Below, piece by piece: positions 26,457 to 37,088 of a stretch of 64,000 nt of DNA. A program made the position numbers and the translations under genes. Origin of the DNA: a virus. The stretch is from the IMG/VR virus record IMGVR_UViG_3300022555_000010, positions 32,001 to 96,000 of that record. The stretch is one strand, 5' to 3'. Positions within the stretch are counted from its first letter, which is position 1. Each line of letters opens with the position of its first letter. The notes under the pieces are model-generated. The model was given only the letters and a program-made list of their open reading frames with translations, was not told where the DNA came from and did not search any database.

Positions 26457-28094
26457 ATGAAAATAATTGTTCAAGAAGAATGGTATGAAGCGATCGTGAA
26501 GTTATTGAGTCCCAAAGAAAAGGAAGATCTTGGGGGTAAGTATCGCTATACGACCGGAAAGGGTAAGATAAAGATTTCCATTGAGAAATGGTCAGAAGAA
26601 TCTTGCCTTAATCTGTTTCAGTTCCTTGGAGAAAAGGCGTCTACTGGTGATCGTTCTGCCAAGTTGTCTCAGTCCATTGTTAAAACATGGATGGAAATCA
26701 AATCAAACCCGGATGGACAGACTGTTAATAAGCTGGAGCATGTGGCTTCGGCAATGACGGAATTCATCGGGGTATCGGATCATCGTTATATCTTTGGCCA
26801 GGAGAAGGATGGGAATTTCGTTCCTTGGTTTGTCAAGAACATCCGATTCCATGATGCTACAGAACATGGGCCGGCATATGTTGAAGTGGAATTGAATGGG
26901 ATCAATACAGGGCATGAAGGTCGTCGGAATCGCGGTGAGAATGGAACTGAAGGCACGACTTTTAGAATCAGCCACGAGGATTACCGTCGTCGGACGATGA
27001 GTCAGATCCTGGAACATAAGGGGTATTACATTGAGACGCCTGCCCGAATGGCCTCGTATGAGAAGGAAGTTCAGACATATTTGGCTCACTGTGATGAAGA
27101 TGGTTTTCAGATGGCAGTTATCGGAAAGTGCAAGTTGATCAAGGGTTGGTCTGATACTGCTTATCGCCCGGTTGGAGCTGAAGGTCGTCCGGCAAGAATG
27201 GTCATGGACCCTCCCGGTGGTGATCGCGGTTCGGATGCTGTTCACGCACCTTTCTGGGACGCGAATGAGGAGAAGGTGTGGCCTCTCCCGATTCATCCCG
27301 TGTATGAGATGTTCGACTTGGATGAACACTCGGACTATCGGGTTCATGTCAACAATGCGGAACCGTATGTCTACAATGACACGGTTGATGAGAAACTGAT
27401 TCTCCCGGAAGATGTTAAGGACTTCCTGACGATTCTGATTGAGCACTCGAAGAACAAGTTCCAGGACATCATTGGAGGCAAGGAAGGTGGAACAATCGTT
27501 CTGATTGAGGGTGTTCCCGGTGTCGGCAAGACTTTGTCCGCAGAAGTGTATTCGGAGAAGATGCACCGTCCCTTGTATAAGGTTCAGTCAAGTCAATTGG
27601 GGATTGATGTCGGGACGGTCGAGAAGAATCTCAAGGAAGTATTGCAGAGGTCGGAACGATGGGGAGCGATCCTGTTGATCGATGAGGCCGATGTGTATAT
27701 CCGGGAGCGTGGCAGCAATATTCAACAGAACGCCATTGTCGGGGTATTCCTGCGGGTGTTGGAGTATTACCGGGGTGTGTTGTTCTTGACGACGAACCTG
27801 GGGAACACGGTGGATGATGCGATCGTATCCCGGACAACGGCACGATTTCTCTATGAAATGCCGAGCAAGGAAGATCAGTTCAAGTTGTGGCAGATGATGT
27901 CTGACTATAACAAGGTCGGTCTTACTCTTACGGAGATCAGTGAGATCATAAGTTCGATGCCGAATCTGTCGGGTCGGGACATTAAGAATCTGATTAAGTT
28001 GTCGATGGTGATGGCGGTGAATAAGGGGACTCGGGTGACACCGCAGATGGTGAAGTTCGTATCTCGGTTCAAACAGTCTGGAAAGGTGAAATGA
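26457..28094 (+). CDS. AAA+ ATPase
   Basis: Walker A GVPGVGKT, Walker B LLIDEAD, FLTTN sensor, SGRDIKN. Confidence 0.9.
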   Translation: MKIIVQEEWYEAIVKLLSPKEKEDLGGKYRYTTGKGKIKISIEKWSEESCLNLFQFLGEKASTGDRSAKLSQSIVKTWMEIKSNPDGQTVNKLEHVASAMTEFIGVSDHRYIFGQEKDGNFVPWFVKNIRFHDATEHGPAYVEVELNGINTGHEGRRNRGENGTEGTTFRISHEDYRRRTMSQILEHKGYYIETPARMASYEKEVQTYLAHCDEDGFQMAVIGKCKLIKGWSDTAYRPVGAEGRPARMVMDPPGGDRGSDAVHAPFWDANEEKVWPLPIHPVYEMFDLDEHSDYRVHVNNAEPYVYNDTVDEKLILPEDVKDFLTILIEHSKNKFQDIIGGKEGGTIVLIEGVPGVGKTLSAEVYSEKMHRPLYKVQSSQLGIDVGTVEKNLKEVLQRSERWGAILLIDEADVYIRERGSNIQQNAIVGVFLRVLEYYRGVLFLTTNLGNTVDDAIVSRTTARFLYEMPSKEDQFKLWQMMSDYNKVGLTLTEISEIISSMPNLSGRDIKNLIKLSMVMAVNKGTRVTPQMVKFVSRFKQSGKVK

Positions 28095-28653
28095 GGATTA
28101 CAAAGGACAATATTCAACCGTTGGTGGATGCTCTTGAGAAATGGAAACAGGAGAATCCCCGGTTGAGTTTCCTGGCGGGTGATGCTCTGATGATGGGGTC
28201 GGGAGACGAGACGGCAGTGTTGATGACCCCGGACGAGTTGTTGGGCAATCAATCAATTTGTGGCTCGGCGAAGGAATCCTGTTTTGATGAGAAGGTTGTC
28301 GAGTTCTTGAAGGATCGCGGAGTGAAGTTCGTGATCGTCGGACTAATGCTGGACGACTTTGAGGACACAGGATTTTATATGGTTGTGGGTGGTGCCGTCC
28401 CGCTACCATATGACGATAAATGTCCGAATCCTGAAAAATGGTTGAACCAATCAAGTCATGATTGTCTGGAAGATATTTGTTCGAGTTCAGATGTTCTCTC
28501 CTGGATGATTATGGAGAGGAACGGGTCGTGGCGAAATGATTGTTGTAAGGAACCTGGGTGGTCAACTTTCGAAAGTGAATAGTTTTTATCCTGTTGGCTG
28601 CAAGGACATTATTTGCAACGACTTATGATGAGTCGCATTCTGGTAAATTTTGA

Positions 28654-28683
28654 TTCCGTATTTTGGGCATTTTTCTGCAATGT
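28654..28683 (+). promoter_or_regulatory. phage promoter-like motif, leaderless (ATG 28690)
   Basis: TTCCGTAT-N15-GCAATGT-N6-ATG. Confidence 0.85.
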
Positions 28684-28689
28684 ATTGGT

Positions 28690-30933
28690 ATGAATGAGAG
28701 TGCAACATATTACGGAGAGCATCAGGCGGAAGACGCTATGGCCGTTATGGCTAAATGGATTGGCAAGAACAATCAGGTTCAGGTCATCTATCATAGTGGG
28801 ACAGCGGTTGATGCAGACATTTTCAAGGGGATCATTCGTATCCCCCGTTTGGCTTGTGCTTCTGGAATGACTCAGGAAGCATTGATGTTGCTTCGTTCTC
28901 GTGTCTATCATGAGGCGGGGCACATTGATGAAACCAAATTAGCCAAGACGGCTTATCCTCAAGGTGCCTTACACGAAATCTGGAATGCTCTGGAAGATCG
29001 TCGGATGGAAGCGGTTGAGGCCAATAATCATAAAGGATGTGAAGTTGTTTTCCGTTGGAGTAATCAGTATTACAATCGCAAGATTGCTGAGAAGATGTCT
29101 GATGGGAAGACGGATGCTCCTCTTTGGGAAGCATTGTGTGCGATGTCTTTTCTTGTAGAGGGTGTGCAGCCGGCATGGATTCTCGGGCCGAAGGCTCAGG
29201 ACTATGTTGATGTTGCTTACCCTGAATTCTGCAAGGTAAAGACCTGTGATGATGCCAGTGGTGCGTTGGATTTGGCCAAGGTCATTTACAAATTGCTCAA
29301 GGATGTCAATGATGAGTGGAAGAAGTCTGAGCCTCCGAAAGAACCTAAACAGGGCAAGAAATCTGAGAAGGGTGAAAAGGGTGAGAAGTCTCAGAAGGGC
29401 GAACCTGGAGACGGTGATGAACCTGGGGATTCTCAAGGTAGTGACGGGGAAAAAGACGGGGAACCATCACAGGGTGGCAGCAAAGATTTTGATGATTACG
29501 AGAATGATGAACCCGGAAAAGGTGGATCGGGAGAAGAGTCTGATGATTCCGATGATGAAAAAGAAGGTAAAGGCGGCAAGAAAAAAGGCAAACCTTCAAA
29601 AGAAAAGGGTGACGACAATGAACCAGGAAAAGACGGGAAAGCTGGGGACGATGATTCTGGAAAAGACGGTAAAGACGGTAAAGATGGGAAAGATGGGAAA
29701 GATGGGAAAGACGGGAAAGATGGGAAAGATGATTCAGGAAAGGACGGAAAAGGTTCGAAAGGATCTGATGGAGACGGCGAAGAATCAAAGGGAAAAGGTT
29801 CTGAATCAGGTGATGGAGACGCTGGCGGGGATGAAGACGACGATTCTACTGAAGCCTCAGATGAAGAAGCCGATGGAAAACCGAATGGCGATGTGAAACC
29901 CGGTGACTCTCCGTATAAACCGAAAGACGAAAAACCCACTGGTGGTAAGGGTGACGGTAAAGACAAACGGGATCTTGAAGACGAGTTCGATGGACTCACT
30001 CGGGAACAGGCCGTGAATGAAGACCTTGCTGACTTCTTCAAGAATATGTCTGATGAAGACAAGTCATATCTCTCTCGCCGGGACTTGGATATCCACACTT
30101 CTCCTGTGACTACGGATGAAGACAAGACTTCGTATCGGGATCGGTTGGCACAAGTCTCTGTGACGGTGTCTTCAATGACTCGGGCTTTGGAACAGGCATT
30201 ACGGTCACTGAGCAAGTGTCGGAAGAATCCGTATCTCCGGAACGGGAAGATTGACCACGGCCGGTTAGTGGCAATTGCCAAGGGTTTGAGTCGGGAAGTA
30301 TTTTTCCGGATAAAGGATGGGACGAAGTTGGATGTGGCTGTTGAGATTATCCTGGATGAATCAGGGTCAATGGGGAACTTCTATGAGGTTCAACTATTGG
30401 CGATGGCGATTGGGGAAGCTCTGAACTCCATCGGTGTTCCTTTTGAGATTATCGGGACGACAACAGCTTACGGTGGTGGGGATCGTCGGATGGTTCCGAT
30501 GAACGGGTTTACTCGGGTGAATCCTATCTATTACAAGCACTATAAGAACTTCAATGAGCAGTGGGTTAGTGTTCGTCAACGGATGGTCCATACCAAGGCC
30601 CTTCATCACAATGTTGACGGCGAAGTGGTGGAGTATGCCGCGTTCCGTCTGAAACAACGGATTGAACGTCGGAAGGTGATCTTCTCATTGTCTGATGGAG
30701 AGCCTTGTGCGGGTCACGGGAATGATGTTGCGATGTGTGTCAATTTGAAGACGGTTTGCAAACGGATTCGGAAACAGGGAGTCGAAGTTTACGGGTTTGG
30801 AGTTCAGACTGATGCTCCCAAAAATTTTTACGGGGCGAACTGGTTCGTGAGATTGGAGAAGGCCGGGGAGATGGGTTCTCAATTCACTCGTGAGTTTGTA
30901 AAGATTGTAACCGAAGGAAAAGTGAAGGTTTAA
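28690..30933 (+). CDS. CobT-like protein: N-terminal HExxH domain, acidic/Gly-Lys linker, C-terminal vWA
   Basis: YHEAGH, NALEDRRME, MIDAS LDESGSM, LSDGEP. Confidence 0.85.
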   Translation: MNESATYYGEHQAEDAMAVMAKWIGKNNQVQVIYHSGTAVDADIFKGIIRIPRLACASGMTQEALMLLRSRVYHEAGHIDETKLAKTAYPQGALHEIWNALEDRRMEAVEANNHKGCEVVFRWSNQYYNRKIAEKMSDGKTDAPLWEALCAMSFLVEGVQPAWILGPKAQDYVDVAYPEFCKVKTCDDASGALDLAKVIYKLLKDVNDEWKKSEPPKEPKQGKKSEKGEKGEKSQKGEPGDGDEPGDSQGSDGEKDGEPSQGGSKDFDDYENDEPGKGGSGEESDDSDDEKEGKGGKKKGKPSKEKGDDNEPGKDGKAGDDDSGKDGKDGKDGKDGKDGKDGKDGKDDSGKDGKGSKGSDGDGEESKGKGSESGDGDAGGDEDDDSTEASDEEADGKPNGDVKPGDSPYKPKDEKPTGGKGDGKDKRDLEDEFDGLTREQAVNEDLADFFKNMSDEDKSYLSRRDLDIHTSPVTTDEDKTSYRDRLAQVSVTVSSMTRALEQALRSLSKCRKNPYLRNGKIDHGRLVAIAKGLSREVFFRIKDGTKLDVAVEIILDESGSMGNFYEVQLLAMAIGEALNSIGVPFEIIGTTTAYGGGDRRMVPMNGFTRVNPIYYKHYKNFNEQWVSVRQRMVHTKALHHNVDGEVVEYAAFRLKQRIERRKVIFSLSDGEPCAGHGNDVAMCVNLKTVCKRIRKQGVEVYGFGVQTDAPKNFYGANWFVRLEKAGEMGSQFTREFVKIVTEGKVKV
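29659..29730 (+). repeat. 9-bp coding tandem repeat (GKD)x8
   Basis: GG(A/T/G)AAAGA(C/T) units. Confidence 0.9.
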
Positions 30934-30934
30934 G

Positions 30935-31873
30935 ATGGCGAATTTAAACATAGTGGGACACTGTTTCAAGCCTGGGACAAACAGTAACAAGATTTATATG
31001 TGCTGTATTCGACAGACGGGTCAGACGTGGACCGTGTTGGCGAAGTGGGGTCGTCGTGGTAAAAACTTGAGCAATCAGTCTAAGGGAGATTTCACGACTT
31101 TGACGGCAGCGGAACAAGTTCAGCAGGGACTATGGAATCAGAAAGCCAAAGAAGGATATCTGAACATTGAGACGGCGGAGTATGTTGCTCATATGAAAGC
31201 CGAAGTTGTTCAGCCTTTGATGATGGCAAGTCCTGGAATTTTCGAGAACTTGGAGGGTAATAAAACTGCTACTGGAACTGCTCCTCAACCACAGACTGCC
31301 CCGTTTATCCCGGTGATTGAATGGGAGTGCGATGCTTGTGGGAAGAAATTCAAGCCTCGGATGAATGGACAATTCCCGGAAGTCGGACAGGGGACGATTT
31401 GTCCGTCATGTATTCAAAAGGCAAAGACCTTGGCTGCGAGGCGTAAAGCCCAGGGAGAAGATGAAGTCCTGGTATGTGCGGACAATGCCGGTCTGGAAGA
31501 TCGGTTTGATCTCGGGATTGAATACATCGTGGAGGAACACAAGGACAAGGCGATGATTTATGTCTACGACAAGATGGGTCGGAAGGATGAGTATTTCCGG
31601 ATTCGGTTCACGACGCTGGAACAGTGGAACCGGAAAAACGGTATCCTGAACATCACAGCCGTCAAGAATCGTGAGCCAGTTGTGAAGAAGGAAGTTGATA
31701 TAACATTGTTTGACCCTGGGATGCCTGACTCTGAAGACATTAAGATGAAGGATTCAGACGGGAAAGAGATCAGTGTTATGGAGGCCATCACTGGGAAGAA
31801 ACCAAGTCGGACGGTAAAGACGGGATTCGTGCCGGCCAAAATCTCGTCAATGCCTGTGAAGGGGAAAGTATAA
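30935..31873 (+). CDS. WGR-domain protein with Zn finger and SH3-like module
   Basis: NSNKIY...KWGRRG...KAKEGY; CDAC..CPSC. Confidence 0.75.
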   Translation: MANLNIVGHCFKPGTNSNKIYMCCIRQTGQTWTVLAKWGRRGKNLSNQSKGDFTTLTAAEQVQQGLWNQKAKEGYLNIETAEYVAHMKAEVVQPLMMASPGIFENLEGNKTATGTAPQPQTAPFIPVIEWECDACGKKFKPRMNGQFPEVGQGTICPSCIQKAKTLAARRKAQGEDEVLVCADNAGLEDRFDLGIEYIVEEHKDKAMIYVYDKMGRKDEYFRIRFTTLEQWNRKNGILNITAVKNREPVVKKEVDITLFDPGMPDSEDIKMKDSDGKEISVMEAITGKKPSRTVKTGFVPAKISSMPVKGKV

Positions 31874-32042
31874 TGAGCAAGATACCTGAAATGATTGAAG
31901 TGGTGAGGTTCGTTTGTTCGGCTTGTGGCAAGAAGTCTAATTCGGTAGCCAAGAACAATAAAATGAAGTGCGGAAATTGTCAGGAGCCGTATGAACGGAA
32001 ACTGAAAAGTTGGATGCCTGAAAGTTTTTGGAAGATAAAGAA

Positions 32043-32774
32043 ATGATATTTGCACGATATATTGGAGTTAAACAGGATTCAGGGTTTACGGTCGGGAAAG
32101 TTTACCCGGCAACTCCTGAAGTCAATTCTACAGATACGGTCTATTTCGGTTTCATAGAGATTGTGAATGATGCCGGGGTAAAGGTTCGAGTAAATCCCGT
32201 GATCGAGAAGGTCAAGGGGCAGAAGACTTGCCGATACGACTTCGAGTTTGTGGAAGAGGTCTATGCGGTCATCTCGAAGCCGTTTGAAGATTTGAAGATA
32301 GGACAGGTCGTGGTGGTTGATGATGCCAATTCCTTTGAGGGTCCGAAGGGTGACGGGGGGACCTGGCAAAGAATCGTCTACGGGGTCAAGGGGATAGGTT
32401 TCCGGTCATCTGACGGGCTTGTCCTCCTGGACAGAACCAATATATTCCCAGGAATGATCATACGGGAGGAGGCCAAGGGCCAATGGGTCAAGGTCAAGTC
32501 TGTGGATGAATGTCTGTGGGTGGTCGTGGAAGGATCTGATAACAGGCGTTCCCCGGAGGAGTTCAGATTTTGTGTAGACCGGGATGGGGATATCCTGATA
32601 GAACCTCTAGCGGAATGCATTGATGTTACCGGGGCTGAAGATCAAGGATTATCTCAGGGAAAGTATTATCGGGTAATCCGGGAAGAATCGTCCGACTCGG
32701 GAGTTCGCGTCTTGTTCGTAATCAACGACTTAGGCAAAGAGCAGGCTTATTTAGCCTTTAGATTTCTTATTTGA
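32043..32774 (+). CDS. protein with repeated small beta (SH3-like) modules
   Basis: FTVGKVY..VNDAG; LSQGKYYRV..INDLG..RF. Confidence 0.6.
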   Translation: MIFARYIGVKQDSGFTVGKVYPATPEVNSTDTVYFGFIEIVNDAGVKVRVNPVIEKVKGQKTCRYDFEFVEEVYAVISKPFEDLKIGQVVVVDDANSFEGPKGDGGTWQRIVYGVKGIGFRSSDGLVLLDRTNIFPGMIIREEAKGQWVKVKSVDECLWVVVEGSDNRRSPEEFRFCVDRDGDILIEPLAECIDVTGAEDQGLSQGKYYRVIREESSDSGVRVLFVINDLGKEQAYLAFRFLI

Positions 32775-32781
32775 AAATACT

Positions 32782-32811
32782 TTCCGTATTCAGGTGGGAT
32801 TCCTGCAATGT
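32782..32811 (+). promoter_or_regulatory. phage promoter-like motif
   Basis: TTCCGTAT-N15-GCAATGT, followed by AAACAACTGGAG leader. Confidence 0.85.
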
Positions 32812-32840
32812 CTTGATATAGAAACAACTGGAGAATAACA

Positions 32841-34058
32841 ATGGCTACGGATATTAACAAGTTGGTGAGTGATGTTGAGGGACTTCTGAGTGGAAGTGAT
32901 CGAATTGAGACGGACATAAATGACGCTCAGATTTCGGTAATCCTTGACGAACTGAAAAAGGCTCGGGTTCGAGTTGAGCTCAGCAAACAAGGCGTCATCA
33001 TTGATTTCCCGCAAGGGAGTTCAACGACTCTTGTCATTCGACGGGTCACGGCACAAGCGAAGAATGCGGCCGGATCGCCGCAGCCGACCGCCAAGGTTCC
33101 TGAAAAAGAAGCCAAGGCTCCAACAAAGGTTCCCACACTTAAACGGTATCAACATACCTATGTGGTTCCGAAAATTGCCACAGACTTGATTTCAATTTTG
33201 ACTGACGATGCTTCTCATGTGGTCTGGCTTACGGGTCCGACACAATGTGGTAAGGATCGTGTGGTTCATTATGTCGGGCGTGAACTTGGTCGCAAGGTGT
33301 TTCAAATCAACTGTCGCGGCGATATGGGCAGTGAGATTTTCTTCGGGGAAAAGACCATCGTTGTTGATGAGGCTACGAAGCAGAACGTGATCAGTTTCCA
33401 GAAGGGGATTGTGGAACAAGCTCTGACTGAAGGTCTTGATGCACAGGGCAACGAAGTCGGGGCACCTGGGGTCTTGTTCATTACTGAGGCGGCTTCAATG
33501 CCGGCTCATGTGGCCATCGGAATCAATCGGCTCTTGGAGTCTGATGATGCCCGCAGGACGTTTGTGATTGATCAGGACGGGGGTCGGGTGATTCGTGGGC
33601 ACAGTGGTCTTCGGATTGTCTTTGCGGCGAACACGGTTGGACGTGGGGCGACCGGGATGGAATCATCGGCTTATTCAGCTCAGGTGGATGCTCTGGATAT
33701 TTCCTTGATCAATCGTATCTCGGTTTGTTTCCGGATGGGGTATGACAAGGAAGTGGAACGGCACATCCTGGCGGAGAAGATTGGTGATGACCGGGTATCG
33801 GCGATGGTGCTGAAATTCCGTGATGCGATTCGGGACAACATTCGAACGGGCAAGTTGACTTCGCCTTTCTCTACGGCTCACATCGTTCATATCGCGGATA
33901 TGTATCGAATCTTCGGGGATATCGGGAAGGCACTCTACTATGTGGTGTTTGAATTCCTGCTCCCGGAAGAGAAGGCCATCTACAATGAGACGGCTCAGTT
34001 GATTCTGGCGAAGGATCTGCTCAAGGAATTCACGGCGAAGAACATCGACTATATGTAA
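32841..34058 (+). CDS. CobS/MoxR-like AAA+ ATPase with atypical Walker motifs
   Basis: GPTQCGKD, LFITEA, AANTVGRG, LDISLINR; near the CobT/vWA gene. Confidence 0.8.
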   Translation: MATDINKLVSDVEGLLSGSDRIETDINDAQISVILDELKKARVRVELSKQGVIIDFPQGSSTTLVIRRVTAQAKNAAGSPQPTAKVPEKEAKAPTKVPTLKRYQHTYVVPKIATDLISILTDDASHVVWLTGPTQCGKDRVVHYVGRELGRKVFQINCRGDMGSEIFFGEKTIVVDEATKQNVISFQKGIVEQALTEGLDAQGNEVGAPGVLFITEAASMPAHVAIGINRLLESDDARRTFVIDQDGGRVIRGHSGLRIVFAANTVGRGATGMESSAYSAQVDALDISLINRISVCFRMGYDKEVERHILAEKIGDDRVSAMVLKFRDAIRDNIRTGKLTSPFSTAHIVHIADMYRIFGDIGKALYYVVFEFLLPEEKAIYNETAQLILAKDLLKEFTAKNIDYM

Positions 34059-34063
34059 GATCT

Positions 34064-34630
34064 ATGAATAAGATTACGACAAAAGATTGTGTGGAGTTCA
34101 TCGTGAGGAACACGGTGCCTGGGTCTGACCCGAAGGACTGGAAGCGGGTCAGCAAGTTTTCTGATGGATTGGATATCGTCAGGATATTTCATAGTCGCAA
34201 GAATTCGAGTCTCGGTGTGACAGTCTGCGAACAGATTACAGGTGGGAATCTACGGGCAGAATTGGTGGATTTATCAAAAGATGGTAATCATAAAGCGAAG
34301 ATCACTCCCGTTGGACATCGCCGGGTCTATTATGTCATTGTTGATTTACAACCGATGGGTGATGGGATCGCACTAGCGGTCACGGATGCCGACGAATTTG
34401 ATCGTAAAGGTTGTCAGTCGGATCACACTCCACAGATCGTCTTCGAGGAATTGAAACGAATGGGATTGAATACGGCGGAATTGACTGAGTCTGTTGTGGA
34501 GTTCTGGACACCGGTGACGGCTGTCGAACTGAAGGCAAAACTGGACAGCAGTGATGTTTTCAAGTTCAGTTCGAAGTTCCATGAGTTTATGAAACAGGGT
34601 GGCGGGGATTGGACGGTGATGGACTTATGA
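34064..34630 (+). CDS. hypothetical protein
   Basis: ORF. Confidence 0.6.
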   Translation: MNKITTKDCVEFIVRNTVPGSDPKDWKRVSKFSDGLDIVRIFHSRKNSSLGVTVCEQITGGNLRAELVDLSKDGNHKAKITPVGHRRVYYVIVDLQPMGDGIALAVTDADEFDRKGCQSDHTPQIVFEELKRMGLNTAELTESVVEFWTPVTAVELKAKLDSSDVFKFSSKFHEFMKQGGGDWTVMDL

Positions 34631-35170
34631 GTAAGATGGAAACAGTTGATATCAACAAGTGTCTTCGGAACACCTTGATGGCATATCGTAAATTGTCGGA
34701 AAAGCCCAGAGAGATCTGCGAAAGGTATCGACTGCTCGGGGCGAAAGGGTTAATCAAATGAAATACGTTGTAACGGCCGAGGAGATGAATGACAAAGGAA
34801 TGTGGGTCAAATTCTGCGAGATGATGGGACTCAGTATTTGGTGTATGAATGAAGGCAAAACGAAGTCGAGTGAGGAGTTCACATTGACGGAGACACAGGC
34901 CAAGAAACTTGGGTTGGTTCGAGAGGGAGATGACGGACGATGAATATCAAACATCACAAGATTTCGATGACGGTTGAAGCGACGACGATCACGGATGGGC
35001 TTACGGATAAAGAGATCCAAGATGCAATTCGGGCCGAACTGAAGGAGGGAAATCAAAAATTAGTCTATAAGGATTTCCCGATGCAGATTCGTCAGTCGGA
35101 CATTGAGCATGTGACGGTTCGTGATGGGAAAGTGATTTACCCGGAATCAGGCAATTAAGGGAGTTGGATT

Positions 35171-36013
35171 GTGGCAATCGGAGAAGTCTTAAAAATCGGA
35201 GATGTGGTTGTGATCAACATCCCGGATGATAACTGGTCATGGGGATTCAAGCCTGTTAAGAAGCAGAAGGGAACTCTGGCCAAAGTGCTTGGATTTGGAG
35301 AGATTTGTTATTCCAGGATTCAAAATTTCGGACGCAAGCCTGGGGTCTATGTCAATCACGCATGGTTGAATGTCAAAGTTGGCAGAGGAGAGCCTTTCCC
35401 AATCTCTTCGAGTTTTGTTGATTTGAAGGATAAGGATCAGTATGTCCGGCGTGTGAAGAAATTCCGGAAGAATGGTGGTCTTGACAATGCCAATGTCTGG
35501 CTGAGAGATCTTCCGGAAATGAAATTCTGGGAAGGGGACATCGTGAAGGTGGTCAATGGTCGTCATCCCTGGGAGGGCATTGAATTTTTCAAGATCTCCC
35601 AGATTGAATACGGATACCTTGGGCAGATGAGGAATGACGGTGTGACTCCGATGCCTGAATACAGTCTTGAACCCGAAGGCAAGGGCGGTGGCCGGGTATC
35701 GATCAATGAGTCCCAGTTGGAATTGGTGGCTCGTGGGAATGTCTGGAAACATTTCAACGGTGTGAAGCCGGTCTTCAAAGACTTGAATGAGGAAGCAGAA
35801 TTCTTCATTCTACTTGGGAAGACGAGGGAAGTTCGCAACCCGATATCTGGACTCTATTCATGGACGAAAGATGAAATTCTAAAGGCGATTCAAGATGGGA
35901 CCGTGGATGGTTTCACCGGGGGGTCCAGGATCGGGACGGTATTGTTCAATGACCGGGATCTTGGCAAGAGGGTTGCAGAGGCAACATTAAAAGGTTTTGG
36001 TTTAGGGGCTTGA
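35171..36013 (+). CDS. hypothetical protein
   Basis: 280-aa ORF with SD. Confidence 0.7.
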   Translation: MAIGEVLKIGDVVVINIPDDNWSWGFKPVKKQKGTLAKVLGFGEICYSRIQNFGRKPGVYVNHAWLNVKVGRGEPFPISSSFVDLKDKDQYVRRVKKFRKNGGLDNANVWLRDLPEMKFWEGDIVKVVNGRHPWEGIEFFKISQIEYGYLGQMRNDGVTPMPEYSLEPEGKGGGRVSINESQLELVARGNVWKHFNGVKPVFKDLNEEAEFFILLGKTREVRNPISGLYSWTKDEILKAIQDGTVDGFTGGSRIGTVLFNDRDLGKRVAEATLKGFGLGA

Positions 36014-36037
36014 CGGGAATATAAGAGCTGGTATCCT
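36010..36037 (+). promoter_or_regulatory. sigma70-like promoter TTGACG-N16-TATCCT
   Basis: directly upstream of ATG 36046. Confidence 0.4.
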
Positions 36038-36045
36038 TCCGAAAT

Positions 36046-36531
36046 ATGAAGGAACCAACATTGGAGATTCCCTCTGGCTTATTCCGAAGTGCAAAACCAA
36101 TTGCACGAAATGACCGGTATGTCGTTTATCATATGCTGAACCGGATGGTGTCATTCAAGGACCCGGCAAGTGGAACGAAGGTCGCAGGATATGTGGAGGA
36201 AGTGTACCGAGACATCTTCTCGGGCGAAGTGCGGTTGACTATCCGGGGTCATGCCTTCCGTTTTAAGGAGCCTGTAATCGTTCACGAAAACACTCATGAG
36301 ATCGTCTTTATCTATGGGGACCTGGGGAAGAAGGAAGTGTCAGACAAGAAACTGTTTTCGGAGATGAAGAAAGAGCAGTTCCGGGAGACAGTCTCGGACA
36401 CGATGACTCGTCTGGAACGAAGGCAGGTCAAAGAGACGCATTTCTCGATAGGGGATAAGAGGGCAACAAGGAAAAAACCGTTCCTGATGAGGGGAATTCA
36501 GGCAGATGTTTCAATGATGGAAACGGTTTAA
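36046..36531 (+). CDS. hypothetical protein
   Basis: ORF. Confidence 0.65.
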   Translation: MKEPTLEIPSGLFRSAKPIARNDRYVVYHMLNRMVSFKDPASGTKVAGYVEEVYRDIFSGEVRLTIRGHAFRFKEPVIVHENTHEIVFIYGDLGKKEVSDKKLFSEMKKEQFRETVSDTMTRLERRQVKETHFSIGDKRATRKKPFLMRGIQADVSMMETV

Positions 36532-36557
36532 GACATAAGTGGTTGATATTCAACAGG

Positions 36558-36590
36558 ATCGGCAGGCTCAAAAGGCTTGCCGATTTTTTT
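36558..36590 (+). terminator. intrinsic terminator
   Basis: ATCGGCAGGC-loop-GCTTGCCGAT followed by T run. Confidence 0.8.
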
Positions 36591-36599
36591 GTTTATTCC

Positions 36600-36629
36600 T
36601 TCCGTATTCTGGGCAAGTTTCTGCAATGT
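36600..36629 (+). promoter_or_regulatory. phage promoter-like motif
   Basis: TTCCGTAT-N15-GCAATGT directly after a terminator. Confidence 0.85.
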
Positions 36630-36668
36630 ATAGATGTGCAGGAAAACAAACAAACTCAGGAGATGGTT

Positions 36669-37055
36669 ATGAAAAACGAGATGACAAACGAGATGACGGT
36701 GGCTCTGGCGAAGGTGATCAAGGATGCGGCGGCGAAGGATGCCTCGGGCAAGTTGGTCGCTGGGGAATACCCGGTGGATTTCACGGTGCGGGTGAAGGGT
36801 TCCCTGAAGAAGGGTGAGAATTACGAGTCCGAGATCGTGGCGAAGGCGGACCCGTGGTTGCTGTTGGCGGCGGCTCTGAGCATGTTGAACGGAGTTTCAA
36901 TGGATGCTCTGGTGGTTCGTGCGGAATTGGCCAAAGAAGAGTTGGTTGACAGTTTGAAGTTGAAGGCCGCCGAAGCGATTCAGAAGATCAAGGCGACGAC
37001 CAAGACGCCCTGTGCCGGAAAGGTTACGACCAAGTTGGCGGTCGAACTCCTGTAA
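36669..37055 (+). CDS. hypothetical protein
   Basis: SD AGGAG; Ala/Lys-rich. Confidence 0.7.
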   Translation: MKNEMTNEMTVALAKVIKDAAAKDASGKLVAGEYPVDFTVRVKGSLKKGENYESEIVAKADPWLLLAAALSMLNGVSMDALVVRAELAKEELVDSLKLKAAEAIQKIKATTKTPCAGKVTTKLAVELL

Positions 37056-37070
37056 GGGATCAAAGGAAAC

Positions 37071-37088
37071 CCCGGTCGAAAGGCCGGG
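37071..37088 (+). terminator. GC hairpin with GAAA tetraloop (terminator or RNA stability element)
   Basis: CCCGGTC-GAAA-GGCCGGG; weak U tract. Confidence 0.5.

Noticed and set aside
29246-29896. 216-aa alternative-frame ORF (KMG repeats)
   Set aside because: By-product of the low-complexity GKD linker
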